DNA of 63,481 nt, the filler included, from Octopus bimaculoides (Eukaryota), in NCBI RefSeq assembly GCF_001194135.2. It is 4 parts of 4 records of this genome, joined end to end, with 100 filler letters (N's around TTAATTAATTAA, not from the genome) between each part and the next. Parts side by side here need not be neighbours in the genome. Positions count along the whole stretch, not along the records: positions 1 to 24,216 come from NC_068997.1; 3 more parts are not named here. One strand, 5' to 3'. Positions within the stretch are counted from its first letter, which is position 1, and each line of letters starts with the position of its first letter. The notes under the pieces are model-generated. The model searched no databases. It had not been told where the DNA came from and was given only the letters and a program-made list of their open reading frames with translations. The position numbers were made by a program, and so were the translations under genes. Positions 1 to 12,835 of the stretch are shown here, piece after piece.

Positions 1-790
1 ATATGCAGTTTAATGCTGAAAAATTCCAAGCCCTGCGCTACCAACGTCCAAAACTGAATATGAAACCTACAGAGTACACTGGTCCGCAGGGAATTTCAAT
101 CCCAGAGCCTAAATCAGTGAGAGACCTGGGTATCGACATGAGTGATGATACCTCTTTCCAAGTGCACATTACCAGGATGGCGACAAAGTGCAGACGACTG
201 GCTGGATAGATCCTGAGAACATTCAGAACCAGAGATAAGGAAACCATGATGGTCCTCTGGAGGACATTCGTCCTAAGCCGCCTGGATTACTGCTCACAGC
301 TATGGTCACCAACCAGTGTGAAATTAACAACGGACCTTGAAGCAATCCAGAGAAGATTCACAAAGATGATTGTCTCTTTGCAACTGCTCAGCTACTGGGA
401 AAGGTTGAAACAGCTAAGACTCTATTCCATGGAGAGAAGGTGCGAGAGGTATGCACTAATATACATCTGGAAGATCCTGGAAGGAATTGTGCCAAATTTT
501 GGCATTGAAACCTACACCAATGCCAGAACGGGACGACACTGCATAGTGCCAAAGATCCCAGCAATGTCATCGCGCTTCAGGACCAGTTACTGCAACATTT
601 TGGGTTTCAGGGACAAGCAGTTATTTAATATTCTCCCAAAGAGCCTGAGGAACCTGCACAAAGCAGATATAGGGTTTTTTTAATCAAAGCTAGACCTCTT
701 CCTGTCGAGGGTCCCAGATGAACCTACCTCACAGCAAGAGGTGCAAATGAAGGTAGCTACATCAAACTCCATTCTTCACCAAGTGCCACA
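1..790 (+). mobile_element. CR1/L2-like LINE, 3' part of ORF2 (RT C-terminal region), inactivated
   Basis: ORFs 3-209 and 246-683 are in the same frame, separated by one TAG (W position in LAG*ILRTF). Motifs VRDLGI, SRLDYCSQLWSP, LEAIQRRFTK, LSYWERLKQLRLYSMERR; after a frameshift near 680, KSKLDLFLSRVPDEP. These are typical of CR1/L2-group ORF2 C-termini. Confidence 0.9.
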
Positions 791-879
791 TATANNNNNN
801 NNNNGGTAGCTACATCAAACTCCATTCTTCACCAAGTGCCACATATATATATATATAAATAAGCAACAGGATATCAAGA

Positions 880-1100
880 AGTGATGCAGTACAACCGTTT
901 CAAGCAGTTGCATTTAATTGAGCAATCCCATCATTACATCAATTGTAATGCAGTGCTATCCTCAGCTGCAGAAAAAAAAATAGAATTTTAACCAGTTGGA
1001 CACATTAATATAATTTTTCTCAAATACTTTATCAGAGCAAGAAGTCAGAAGAAATTCATGTTGTCGTTATTGTAGCTAAGAATAAATAAACTACACTTCC
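880..1100. repeat. Unclassified interspersed repeat, second copy at about 36975-37180
   Basis: Shared blocks gcagtac..cgtttcaagc, cttcagctgca/cctcagctgca, cagagcaagaag..gaagaaattcat.ttgtcgttattgtagctaag at both loci. Confidence 0.7.
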
Positions 1101-2649
1101 AAGACTGGCATGAAGTCCACTAGCGTTATAGCTTGTAAAGGATTGCAGTTCATTTCTAATTTATTTGATTTTTATCAACTCCTAAATCTAAGATTAGGGG
1201 ATTGTTTCTGTTTATAATGAAGGGCAAAAGAGAGTTGACAGCTCATGGCTAGGTGTGGTCATAAATATTGTCATATGTATCCCTTTTCTTCAGGGAAGGG
1301 AGAAGCCATTATGAGTAGTCAATTTGATATAGAGTAACTGTCTATAAAAGTAGGCTGGGTAGGAGAAGACTGTAAATCATGGTGTTAATTATCAGTTAAA
1401 GGTGCAAGATGCTAATAAAACCTAGGATGTTAATATAGAGGAAATGTTATCTTGGGGCACTATGAGTGATTGTTTATAAAAAAATATTGTTATGTTGTAT
1501 AAAAAAATTAAGATAATCAAAAATGATATAACCAAAATAGGTAACGTGTGTATATATCAATTATTAACATTAAAAAGGAAGGGTTACATAAACTTAGTTT
1601 AATAATCATTTATGTGCTTAATTAATTATTTATTGGGTGGTTTCTATAAAGACTGCCCAGGGCATTTACTTATGGAGTACTGGAAAGATAAGCATGCTGT
1701 CTATATATTAATTATAAGCCAAGAATCAGAAAAAAATAAGGATCCGTACAGATATACACACATATTTATATATGTGCACGCATGAACACATACTCATACA
1801 AAAATATTTATATATGTGCACACATGTACACATACACATACACAAATATTTATACGTTTATATGGATATAGTATAACCATCTCGCATAGACTTTAGTAAC
1901 TGAAAAGTATCTATTTACGAACAAAAAAAAATCATAAGGGATAAGAGGTTAATAGACTCCCATAGACCTAAGTAGCTGAAAATTTTCTATTTAAGAACAG
2001 TAACAACTTATAAGGATAAGAGTTTAGTTGGTAAGGATATCAAAATAAGAAAACAAAATCATAAGAATTTATAGAGAATAATAAGAAATACATATAACTT
2101 AAATTTAAGGAGGTAGGGAAGAGATAAAGGTAACATGAAAAGAGGAAGTAGTAGGTATGGGCGTTGTGAGGGCAGTTAGAGGTATTCAGACCGAAGAGAT
2201 TTTATAAGCTGTTATGTTACATGTGCTATTATATATATGTTTTATAGTTTCTAGTGGGTATATAATTAGGAGACTTACATAAAGTCATTACAAATATACC
2301 TAATATGATCAGTAGGGTAGAACATCACAGAAAGGAAAAAAGGAAAAAAATAGTTTAATCACCAAAAATATGATGAAGTCGGACTAACTAGACAGGAGTT
2401 ATGATGGGATAATAATTACATACAGCACACCACATACCATGACATATAGCTTATAACATATGCAATGCAATTTAATTCATCATATAACTCAATATTCCAT
2501 GGTTTTATTATATTTAATACTGGAGTGTAAATTTACAGCGGATACGACACCAAAATTAATTTCCACCATCGTTCAAATATGGCACCTATAATCGCTAATT
2601 TCGAAAATACTTAAATGTACGGGTGACGCTATGCCCGCATCATACCCTT

Positions 2650-2900
2650 GGATCTAATCTATAATTAATCAGTTTATTATTTTCCCTATACTTAAAATCG
2701 CGTAAGTTTCCATAGAGCACAGCTTGCACCCATATCGACTATTTCTATAACGCTGCGCTTTCCGTATTATATCCCATTTAAGGCTAAATTCGATCCCGCT
2801 TTTCCTCAGTTCCCATATCTTGCTAGATATGGACGTACGATTGGTATTATGTTTGAGCCTAAAAGATGAAAAATGATTATTGATACGTTTTATTATATTT
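2650..2900 (-). mobile_element. Penelope-like element (PLE) GIY-YIG endonuclease C-terminal fragment
   Basis: Minus ORF reads KRINNHFSSF...TSISSKIWELRK..IEFSLKWDIIRKAQRY...CKLCSMETYAIL, matching the FK.R..NH..SF / LS..IW.LK / KW.I / C.LC pattern of C-terminal-EN PLEs. The strand-skewed AT-rich DNA at 1180-2650 may be its 3' region. Confidence 0.8.
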
Positions 2901-3514
2901 ATCGAACATATGCACGCAGTTTCTAGTGTATACATATGTATATGTGTGTGTATGTGTATGTGTGTGTGTGTGATTCTCTGCGTGCGTGTATGTATGTGTG
3001 TAAGAGAGAAAGAGAGAGAGAGAGAGAGAGTATGTTTACGTAAGTGAATATGTGATTGAATGAGTTTCTATGTTAAAATATAGAACATAACAGTTTTCAC
3101 AGCTATATAAGCATGTTTCTTTTGTAATTCTACGCTTGGACGATTTAATTTCTCAGTAACAATGCCCTGAATATACTTTCTAACATACACACCCATTTCC
3201 TTACAATAGATAACAATGTTATCTGTTGTAAACTGAGAGTGTATGAATTATGTATTGTTGAAGTTAGAGGTAGTTTTATGTATGCGAATTTGTATGCTGT
3301 GATATAAGTGATGTATACGTATATACATGTATGTGTGTGTGTGTGTGTGTACGTGTGTGTGTATATTATGGATGGATGTGTATATATATGATTGTATGTG
3401 TGCGTGTGTCTGTGTGCATATAGGCGCCACACAGTGAGGCTAAATCCGGGACCATGTGGTTGAGAAGCAAACTTCTTACCAGACAGCCACGCCATCTCTC
3501 TCTCTCTCTCTCTT

Positions 3515-3880
3515 CATTTAAGGGGAAAGTTTAAGTGATCGATTGGTACTTATATTATCGATACCAAAAGAATGAAAGACAAAGCCAATCTTGGTGCAGT
3601 TTGATCGCAGATCGTAAAGACTCGGAAAAATTGTTGTTAGGTATTTTGTCCGATGCGCTGATGACCCTACCAGCTCGCCACCTCGATACTAATGATAGAC
3701 ATTTCTGATATAGGCACAACACTTGAAATTTTGGGGGACGAGGTTAGTGAATTCCATCCACACCAGTGCTCAACTGGTTCTTATTCTATCGACACCAACA
3801 AGATGAAAAGCAATATCGTCCTGGTCGGAATTGGAACTCCGAAAAGAAATAAGGACGAAATGCTGCTAAACACTTCGTCA
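3515..3880 (-). mobile_element. Two diverged head-to-tail copies of tRNA-derived SINE family A
   Basis: Both contain tggtact..tt.atcgac.c.aa.a.gatgaaag.caaa.tc.acct.gg.ggaattt as in the better preserved copies at 27423, 39019 and 61470. Confidence 0.75.
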
Positions 3881-3906
3881 GGCGTGCTCACCAGCATACC
3901 AGGCAT

Positions 3907-4260
3907 TGGCTCTCATGGCTTCTGATCTTAATTTATTGGAAGTGTTATCATGTACATTGTTTTGTGGTGGGAGCATCATAACCATGTGTTGAGAGGTATT
4001 GTTTGGGGTTTGATTAATTCACCTCTGGAAACATGGGTGTTTTGTTCATCATCGTTAAACATACCTTATTGAGGGACATTTTGAGTGGGATGGCCTCCTG
4101 GACCTGAAGAAAATTTTTACTGGGCCCCACTTGCAAGGTCATGTGCAGTTTATTTCGATACGAGATCACCATGTCGCGCACATGTGGTTGTGATGCATGT
4201 GCCTGGTGTGCTTTTATCAGACGGGTAGTCATTATTGGTATACTGGGTTTGTATATTTGT
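3907..4260 (+). repeat. Interspersed repeat family E, copy 1
   Basis: ggctctcatgg..ttgatct..ttggaagtg and gtggtgggagcatcata.ccatgtgttgagagg..ggggtttg..taattcacct.tggaaacatgg are the reverse complement of 4866-5160. Confidence 0.75.
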
Positions 4261-4301
4261 ACCCGAGTACTACTATGCTGCCATGCACTGCTTTCTCACT
4301 C

Positions 4302-4303
4302 AA

Positions 4304-4354
<51 letters not shown>

Positions 4355-4390
4355 CCCTACTACTACTACAATTATTATTATTATTATTAT
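4302..4390. repeat. (ACT)n followed by (ATT)n microsatellite
   Basis: Direct reading. Confidence 0.97.
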
Positions 4391-4840
4391 AAAGCTGTTC
4401 AATATTTGGTAGACTGGGGCAAATTTCTGCATCACCTCCTACACCTCCGTGTTGCTGGGGTGTGTGCAGCATTGTGTGTTCTCGTCTGCTGTTTGGAGTG
4501 TGCGGACTCTTCCCGGCACTGTATAGAGTTAGCTTTTTCTTTTTCTTTGAGGTGTGGTGTTGTCTTTTGCTGTATTACTGTTTGTATTGTGTGTTGCATG
4601 TGTAATGCTTTGGTCATCTAGCTTGCTGGTGGGAGTTTATTTCATTGGGTAAATGCTGTATAGAGTGTATCTTGTATTTGTGGGTTGTTTTGTTTAGTTT
4701 GTATTATCGGATTGCTAGTGTCTTACGTAGGATGTGGGCTGTTCCTAGATTCTTTATCGTGCCAAATGCTCCAATTATTATTGGTATTGTTTTTACCTTC
4801 ATGTTTTTACCTTCATGCCCCACATTTTCAGGTCGAGTAG
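4391..4840 (-). mobile_element. R4/Dong-like non-LTR retrotransposon 3' end with internal deletion
   Basis: Minus strand MWGMKVKTMKVKTIPIIIGAFGTIK-NLGTAHILRKTLAIR*, then about 300 nt of 3' UTR ending in (TAA)n. Compared with the copies at 18-20 kb the segment between GTIK and LGTAHILRK is missing. Confidence 0.75.
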
Positions 4841-4865
4841 CCCATCCCGCTCAAAAGGTCCCTGA

Positions 4866-5160
4866 CTAAGGTTTGTTTAAGGATGATGAGTAAAACAGCC
4901 ATGTTTCCAAAGGTGAATTATTCAAACCCCAAAGAATTCCTCTCAACACATGGCTATGATGCTCCCACCACTACTTCTGCTCATGATCATAGATGCACAT
5001 ATCATCAGCCACTAAGGGACATGCTCAACTGGTTAAGATCAAACAATGGACAAGCAAATCTGTGGTATTGAGCAGAATATTTACTGTAATCCATCTTTTA
5101 TACCAGGATAAATCATGTACATATCACTTCCAATCAGTTCAGATCAAAACCCATGAGAGC
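4866..5160 (-). repeat. Interspersed repeat family E, copy 2 (inverted relative to copy 1)
   Basis: Reverse-complement match to 3907-4075. Confidence 0.75.
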
Positions 5161-5185
5161 CAGTACCTGGTACTGCATCAGGGCA

Positions 5186-5268
<83 letters not shown>

Positions 5269-7224
5269 GCTAGTGGCTAGGGCGTTGCACTCACGATCGT
5301 GAGATCGTGTTTTCTGTTCCTATACCGGGTGGTGTATAGTGTTCTTGATCGGATAGTACAATATTTATTATCTATGGTACATAGAACATTGTAATGGTAC
5401 AAAGAACATTGAGTACAGAAAAGAATATTTTGAAACAAAGTACAAGGGATGTTTTAATTTCTGAACTGGTTTCACAATATTCTGATGTCTGAAGAAAATC
5501 TAAATGTAATCCAATCAGGTATTTCACCTTTCTGTGGGAAAAAATCAAAAGGTGCTTCTATGTGATCCCTTGATATGCTAGAAATAGAAGCCAAACCTTC
5601 TTAAATTACACCGTGCAGTAGGAGCGTTTGATAAATGTAGTCTTTCATACTTGACATCTGAAAATGGGCATGCCCTGGAGATGTGCTACAAAAACGACAA
5701 CAATAAAAGCAACAGAATGATATTAAGTAATCAGTAAGCATTTGGTTTCTTATGCAATATATTTTACATATTCGTAAAATGGAAATGATTCAAACGAGAA
5801 GACGTTGCACAATCGCTCGACTACTAGAAGGAGCAGCCATATCTTCCTCAAACTTCACTCAATTCTCTTTAGCTTGATCGATCAGCGTTGAACTATATCT
5901 ATACGCACGTTTAGAACACGAAGCTATCTAAGAAGTAATTACTGAAGTCAGACTACACGTTATGAATAAACATATATATACACTGATTCATATATACACT
6001 GACTCATATCTGAATTTCATCTCCACTGCTTGTCGACATAGTTTTATCGACATACCTAATAGCTGACAAGGAAATGACATGTCAGGTTTTATATATATAT
6101 ATATATATATATATAAGTCAGTAAATAGTGGGGTTGTGTTAACCGCACGTGGAGAAATAATAGGAAAATGAAAAAAAGCCAGAATGCTGAACTGGGAGCA
6201 TAATTTAATAAAGATTTTTTCTAACCGGTTTTCATTGCGATGAAGCAAATTATCAAGAAGAAGGAGAATGAAAATGTTTTTTTACAAAGAAGTACAAAAA
6301 AGTACAAAATGAAGAAAATAATATATAAAACAATAATACATAAAAAAAATAAATATACCCATACATTATATTGTCTTTGAGCTTTTGTAGTTCAATAGTA
6401 GTTCATGTATAAATTNNNNNNNNNNNNNNNNNNNNNNNNNNNNNNNNNNNNNNNNNNNNNNNNNNNNNNNNNNNNNNNNNNNNNNNNNNNNNNNNNNNNN
6501 NNNNNNNNNNNNNNNNNNTATTGTGATTCAGTTACTACACACATCCTAACATAAATGTTCTACATACGGATACAGTATGATTTAACCTCACTCTACGTTT
6601 TCCTCCCCCTTCTCCTCCTCCTTAACATTGTCGATGTTCTTGTTTCTTGCCGTAGCCAAACACCTTTTACAAGCTCCGAAGAATTTGGATTTTTATCATT
6701 ATCTCAATGAAGGAAAATTATTAATTTTCCGATTGTTTTTAAAGAAACTTTGTAGAATGTATCAGAGGCGCAGTTGCCGTATTGAAGAATGTGTTAATAT
6801 GTGGGTTTTACTTTTCTTTCTTTTTTTAACACATATTTATTTTTGTAGCGTGTTGACGTTAAACGCAGTAAAAAAAAAAATACAAGTTACATGCTGATGC
6901 ATGCTGTTTCTGCTAAAAAGTTATATCAACAATATTTCACGATATTTTGTAGAAGCATTTTAATTTGGAGATAAAACCAAGTAATAACTGACGTTTTAGT
7001 GCTTCTTCTGCATTTTTTTTTCTTGATCAAAAGAATATAAAGGAAATTTAGAATAAGGCTGTGCTCCAACATGGCCGCAGTCAAAATGAGTGAAACATGT
7101 AAAAGAATAAATGAATAAGTTATGGCATTTATATATGTATATATATGTATATGTATATGTACGCATGAATATATACTTGTACGTATTTCTAAATATGTAT
7201 TTATATACATGTATATTTATATAA

Positions 7225-7291
<67 letters not shown>

Positions 7292-8707
7292 GTCAATCCA
7301 AACAAGAATAATTATGGAAGAACAGCAACGCGAGGACGTGGAACAAGCATTGTGTTATTGGACGCTCAAGAAAGGAAAGAAAAGAAAGGGTATTTCAAGT
7401 TTCGAGCGGAGATCTTCATCAGAAATATAGAAAAAGTCCAAAGTGAAGACGGAGAAAGAAAATCGCCATCGATACACACGCGGTCACATATTGGAATGAC
7501 CCGAAGGGAATGAGTGAAGAGAAAGTTCTTTCTAAGAGAGGAGAATGCAAAAGAAGGAGGTACGTGTGTGTATGTGTGGGTAAGTGCGTGGGCGCAGGTC
7601 TGTGTGTGTCTATGTGTAATGATAGCACGTGTATGTGCGTATGTGTGTGTATGTGCGTATGTGTATGTATGTGGATGTGTGGATGTAGCTGTTTATGTAT
7701 GTGTGCGGCTGGATTCAGTGTCGCTTAAGGTCGTAGGAAGAATTTATAGTAAGAATTTTGATGGGAGTGGCTTTCTGTTGTGTGCCTCCCTACACATGTG
7801 CGTTGGAGAATGCTCAGTAGAAAGGTGTTTGAAATATGTGTGTGTGCGTGTGTGTGTATATGCGAGAGTATATACATGTATGCGTGGGGTTGTGAGTGTT
7901 AGGTATGTGTGCATCTGTGTGCATGTGTATGCGTGCGTGTGTGTGCGCATGTGTGCGCGCATGTGTGTGTGTGTGTGTGTGCATGTGTGTGTATATATTC
8001 TTATAAATTTGTGTATGTCCGTATGTATGCGCATCTGTCTGTCTCTATATAGACATTTATCTATCTATCTATCTATCTATATTGCGTTTGATAATTTAAA
8101 ATCACTTTAACTTTCTAAGATATCTCAACGCTTCTGAAGCAAACTATATATATANNNNNNNNNNNNNNNNNNNNNNNNNNNNNNNNNNNNNNNNNNNNNN
8201 NNNNNNNNNNNNNNNNNNNNNNNNNNNNNNNNNNNNNNNNNNNNNNNNNNNNNNNNNNNNNNNNNNNNNNNNNNNNNNNNNNNNNNNNNNNNNNNNNNNN
8301 NNNNNNNNNNNNNNNNNNNNNNNNNNNNNNNNNNNNNNNNNNNNNNNNNNNNNNNNNNNNNNNNNNNNNNNNNNNNNNNNNNNNNNNNNNNNNNNNNNNN
8401 NNNNNNNNNNNNNNNNNNNNNNNNNNNNNNNNNNNNNNNNNNNNNNNNNNNNNNNNNNNNNNNNNNNNNNNNNNNNNNNNNNNNNNNNNNNNNNNNNNNN
8501 NNNNNNNNNNNNNNNNNNNNNNNNNNNNNNNNNNNNNNNNNNNNNNNNNNNNNNNNNNNNNNNNNNNNNNNNNNNNNNNNNNNNNNNNNNNNNNNNNNNN
8601 NNNNNNNNNNNNNNNNNNNNNNNNNNNNNNNNNNNNNNNNNNNNNNNNNNNNNNNNNNNNNNNNNNNNNNNNNNNNNNNNNNNNNNNNNNNNNNNNNNNN
8701 NNNNNNN

Positions 8708-8782
<75 letters not shown>

Positions 8783-9336
8783 TTTTATGTGCATAAGTAT
8801 GTATCCAGATATGTATTCATTTACCTATGCAATATGTATGTATGCATGTATGTATGCATGCATGCATGTTCTTGGCTATATTTTCGGAATTTCTCACTAA
8901 TAGAAACAGAGAAATAGCTGGTTTCTAACCGAGAAACAGGAGTATTTCATTAGAATTGAAACATCATCAAATAGGGTCTTGTATATATTTTATTTTATTT
9001 TCGTCTGTTTAACTTTGAGCGGTCACCTGCTTTGTAGCAAGTTTGTGAAAGAAAGCATCTCCTGTTCATCTTTAGTACAAAGAAAAATTATTATCAATGA
9101 CACTCCAGCCCAGACCGCACTGTCTTATGTTTAGGGCTGATGTATTTAAGATTGCATCATCAAATGTTTCCGCCATATATTCAAATATTCATACATTCAA
9201 ACATTACGTAGTCAAGATTATACAATTAAAATATCCGTATAATTCGCGCTTATGTGGAGCGGCTTAAGACACCTTGTAGGAGGACGTCTGTTGGTACGAC
9301 AAAAAATAATAATAATGTGCGTATATACATATGTAC

Positions 9337-9450
9337 GTGGCTTAGGGTTAGGATGTTGCACTCACGACCGCTAGATCGTGGTTTCGATTCCCGGACCAGG
9401 TGGTGCGTTCTGTTCTTGAGCAAAAAATACTTCATTTCGCATAACTCTAG
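9337..9450 (+). mobile_element. tRNA-derived SINE head (related head at about 5266-5350)
   Basis: gtggcttagggttagg..gttgcactcacga..g..agatcgtg.tttcgattcc..accgg/agg: A-box-like and B-box-like motifs, present twice in the window. Confidence 0.65.
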
Positions 9451-9899
9451 TGGGTGGGAGAGTGCCAAAATCGTTGCTTTCCGGCTCTCTACATTCTGAG
9501 TTCAAATCCCACCTTCCAGGAGAAAGCAACGGGTAACCACATCAAGTTTATTCATGGATCGCCATAGTTGCAGTAGCTTACTTAACGGTAGCATGGGAGG
9601 ACACGGGCCCTCCCAGCACGTATAGAGAGTGCCGAAGAACCTTAAAATGCGCAGGACAAGGCCAAGGGCAGACCATCACTAGAGAGATATACACATACTT
9701 AAATAGCTACACAAAATGTACGCACTAAGTTACTTATACACATTCACAAACACAGGCCCACATAATTTTAAGCTCACGCAGACATACATTCACATGCACC
9801 TGCCCTCATTCACACATACACAAACACATACACACACATACACACTCACACACACCATTCACACATACACACACGCGTTTGCACACCCTAGTTCGACCG

Positions 9900-10165
9900 G
9901 CTCACCGTTATTATCTCCCTTTCACTCAGCTTCTTTCTTCCGGCCATTTCATCATGCTGAACTGTTAATCCCTACACATTTTTTCGCTCTCCGTTTTTTA
10001 TTTCGTTCTCCCCCTCCCCTCACCTCAATCCTTTCTGTCGAAGAGTGTAGACTCGAAGCGTGAAAGACGTTTCCATTCTTCCCGAACGTCAAACTAATAT
10101 ACCTGCTTGTTGTTCCTTCACCTGTCTACGTCTTTCATTTTCTGTAAATTTGAACTATATTTACA
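9900..10165 (+). mobile_element. PLE pseudo-LTR-like terminal repeat
   Basis: Pyrimidine-rich segment containing the hammerhead-like motif at 10030-10067, followed by tcaaactaata.acctgcttgttgttc. PLE assignment is inferred from the ribozyme-like motif. Confidence 0.5.
10030..10067 (+). ncRNA. Degenerate minimal type I hammerhead ribozyme (PLE-type)
   Basis: CTTT / CTGTCGA A / GAGT gtag ACTC / GAA G CG T G / AAAG: stem I CTTT:AAAG, 4-bp stem II, palindromic CG stem III. The core deviates from CUGANGA and GAAA..UH at three positions. Confidence 0.5.
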
Positions 10166-10184
10166 TAGAGAGAGGAGAATAGTA

Positions 10185-10225
<41 letters not shown>

Positions 10226-10629
10226 CCGGTACACCAAATGCTATACAACAAATATTTTTGATTTATTAAAATTATAAATATATACATACAGATACAGACA
10301 ATTATTCTAAATTAAGACTGTCTGTTAATTACCGGAAATGAGCACTTAGTAGACTTGGTGCTGTTGTAACAGGCGCTACTTATTCACTGAATATTTCCTG
10401 CGTTCGTCCAGCCAACATCTCTGAAGGAACAAAAGAGACTCCATAGGTGATCGCTTCGCCTACAAGAAATAGTGGCATAAATTACCTCAAATCAGACCCT
10501 ACACCCTTTGGCCTACTGTTTCATCACTCTGTTTGGTAGTCTTCTACTACTATTACGATTGCTACTACTGCTACTGCTATTGTATTTTTTTTCTGTTTTC
10601 TATTAAGTTGCAATTCCTACCATGTACTC

Positions 10630-10660
<31 letters not shown>

Positions 10661-10768
10661 NNNNNNNNNNNNNNNNNNNNNNNNNNNNNNNNNNNNNNNN
10701 NNNNNNNNNNNNNNNNNNNNNNNNNNNNNNNNNNNNNNNNNNNNNNNNNNNNNNNNNNNNNNNNNNNN

Positions 10769-10809
<41 letters not shown>

Positions 10810-11524
10810 CATTCGACGCACACAGACATATTAGTGCAGGCATATCTATATCTTAAGTTTTAAGATGGTCGCATTTTCAGCCACCATGTTCCGGGTTCAA
10901 TCCACTGCACGTCAACTTAGATGAATGTCTTTTAGTGTCACTGAACCCAATTGGATAACTGAGCTGCCATTGGGTTTGATCTGTACACACCCATCTATGC
11001 CTTAAGCAGGATATCTATTTACATAGCGAGACTGATTGTATATTTATTAAACGTACTCATATAACATTTATATATTTATGTATGAAGGTATTTATAATTG
11101 TATGTATAGTTATATACATACACATCTGCGCATGTATGATGGTTTTGAATATGTACATATTATTAATTGTATGTGTGTGCGTATGTATGTTATTTTTATG
11201 AATGTATGTATGTCTACAATGGCAATTGTTGATGTAACACGTTCCAGCCGAGACACAATAGCACAGAATTCAGTAGAGAATAGATGCCACATTCTTCAGC
11301 ATCGACAAATATGTCTTTTATTTTGTACTGCGTTGTTCTGGCGATTTAGCTGCACTTAAGTTACACAAATATAAAGCAACTTAACAATGAAATACAGAAT
11401 AAAGACACGCCCTGACACCTGACTGATCTACGCACTAAAATCATACAAGATGTTAGACTATTCGGTTGATGTTTTTGTCGTTGTTGTTGTTGTTATCAAA
11501 TACGGTATATACATACATACGTAC

Positions 11525-11563
<39 letters not shown>

Positions 11564-11567
11564 TATG

Positions 11568-11641
<74 letters not shown>

Positions 11642-11643
<2 letters not shown>

Positions 11644-12050
11644 CGCAAGTGTAGCTAAGCGGCAAGAAGTTTGCTTCCCAATTTCATGGTTCCACATTCA
11701 GTTCCACTGCGTGGCACCATGGGCAAGTGCCTTCTACTGTAGCCTCGAGCCGACCGAGACCTTGTGGGTAGATTTGGCAAACAGAAAGTGAAAGAAGCCC
11801 GTTGTACATGCATATATGTGTGTATATATATATATATGTGTGTGTGTGTATTTGTGTGTGTGTTCTTTGTCTCCTATCACCGCTTGACAACCGTCTTTAC
11901 GTCCCAGTAACTTAGCTGTTCGGCAAAACAGAACGATAAAATAAGTACCGGGCTCTAAAATGATAAGTACTAGGATCGGTTCGTTCAACTAAAATTCTTC
12001 TAGATAGTGCCCCAAATCGGCCACAATCCAATGACTGAAACAAGTAAAAT
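11642..12050 (+). mobile_element. Near full-length tRNA-derived SINE family B with internal (TA)/(TG) tract
   Basis: Head ggcgcaagtgtagctaagcggcaagaagtttgcttccca..ggttccacattcagttccactgcgtggcacc, body gagccgacc.a.accttgtg.gt.gatttgg, tail ccaatgactgaaacaagtaaaa; (TA)n on both sides. Partial copies near 3440, 14025, 23295, 24930, 28670, 32130, 37190, 47830, 48880, 57840 and 58130. Confidence 0.85.
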
Positions 12051-12723
12051 ATATATATAAATATATTGAGAGAGAGAGAGAGAGAGACAGAGAGAGACAG
12101 AGAGAGAGAGAGAGAAAGAGAGAGAGAGGAAGACATAGACAGACAGACAGACAAACAGACAGATTGACAGGCAGACAGACAGAGACAGAACATCTTTCCC
12201 AATGCGCTTCTCGTAACTGAACAGTGGCAACCATTTCTAGTAGACTGTGAGATTTGTAGACTTTGCTTGTTTCTGATGTTTTAGGAATCAAACCGTGACT
12301 GTTCCGCAATTTTCTTTTCAGGCACAGCCAATATATCTTCTTTATCTTTTAATATAACAGGGTGCGAACTAATGGTGATTAAGTTGCCGCTTCAAGCATA
12401 TCAATTCTTCACTAACAACACAGTGTTCCACCCTCCTTTCATTGTTTTGTGTTTCAGTTATCTATGGCGGATACAGAGCGTTGTGTTTAATATTAAACAG
12501 AATACTACCGTCCTGTTATTGTATTACCGAGTATAATTGGGATCGTCTAATGCGGCATTATATGACACTGCTACATTAGCACATAACCTATTACCACCCC
12601 ATAGTATCACAAATCTTGTGTGTATGCGCGCGTGTGTGTATGTATGTGTGCGTGTGTGTTTATATATATATATATACTTACATATGTATATGTATGTATG
12701 TGCATCTTTCTCTCTCTCTCTCT

Positions 12724-12770
<47 letters not shown>

Positions 12771-12792
12771 NNNNNNNNNNNNNNNNNNNNNN

Positions 12793-12831
<39 letters not shown>

Positions 12832-12835
<4 letters not shown>

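Noticed and set aside
752-848. 43-bp direct repeat around a 10-N gap
   Set aside because: Typical unmerged contig overlap artefact.
1190-1300. Minus-strand CTGAAGA...GAAA hammerhead candidate
   Set aside because: Stem II is not closed next to GAAA and no stem I partner exists.
9590-9690. GC-rich patch with KAKGRP (RTE C-terminus-like)
   Set aside because: Too short and degenerate to call.
12458-12580. Plus-strand acceptor with 40-codon frame (also 16578-16666)
   Set aside because: Ends in a stop with no homology cue and no upstream exon that can be supported.
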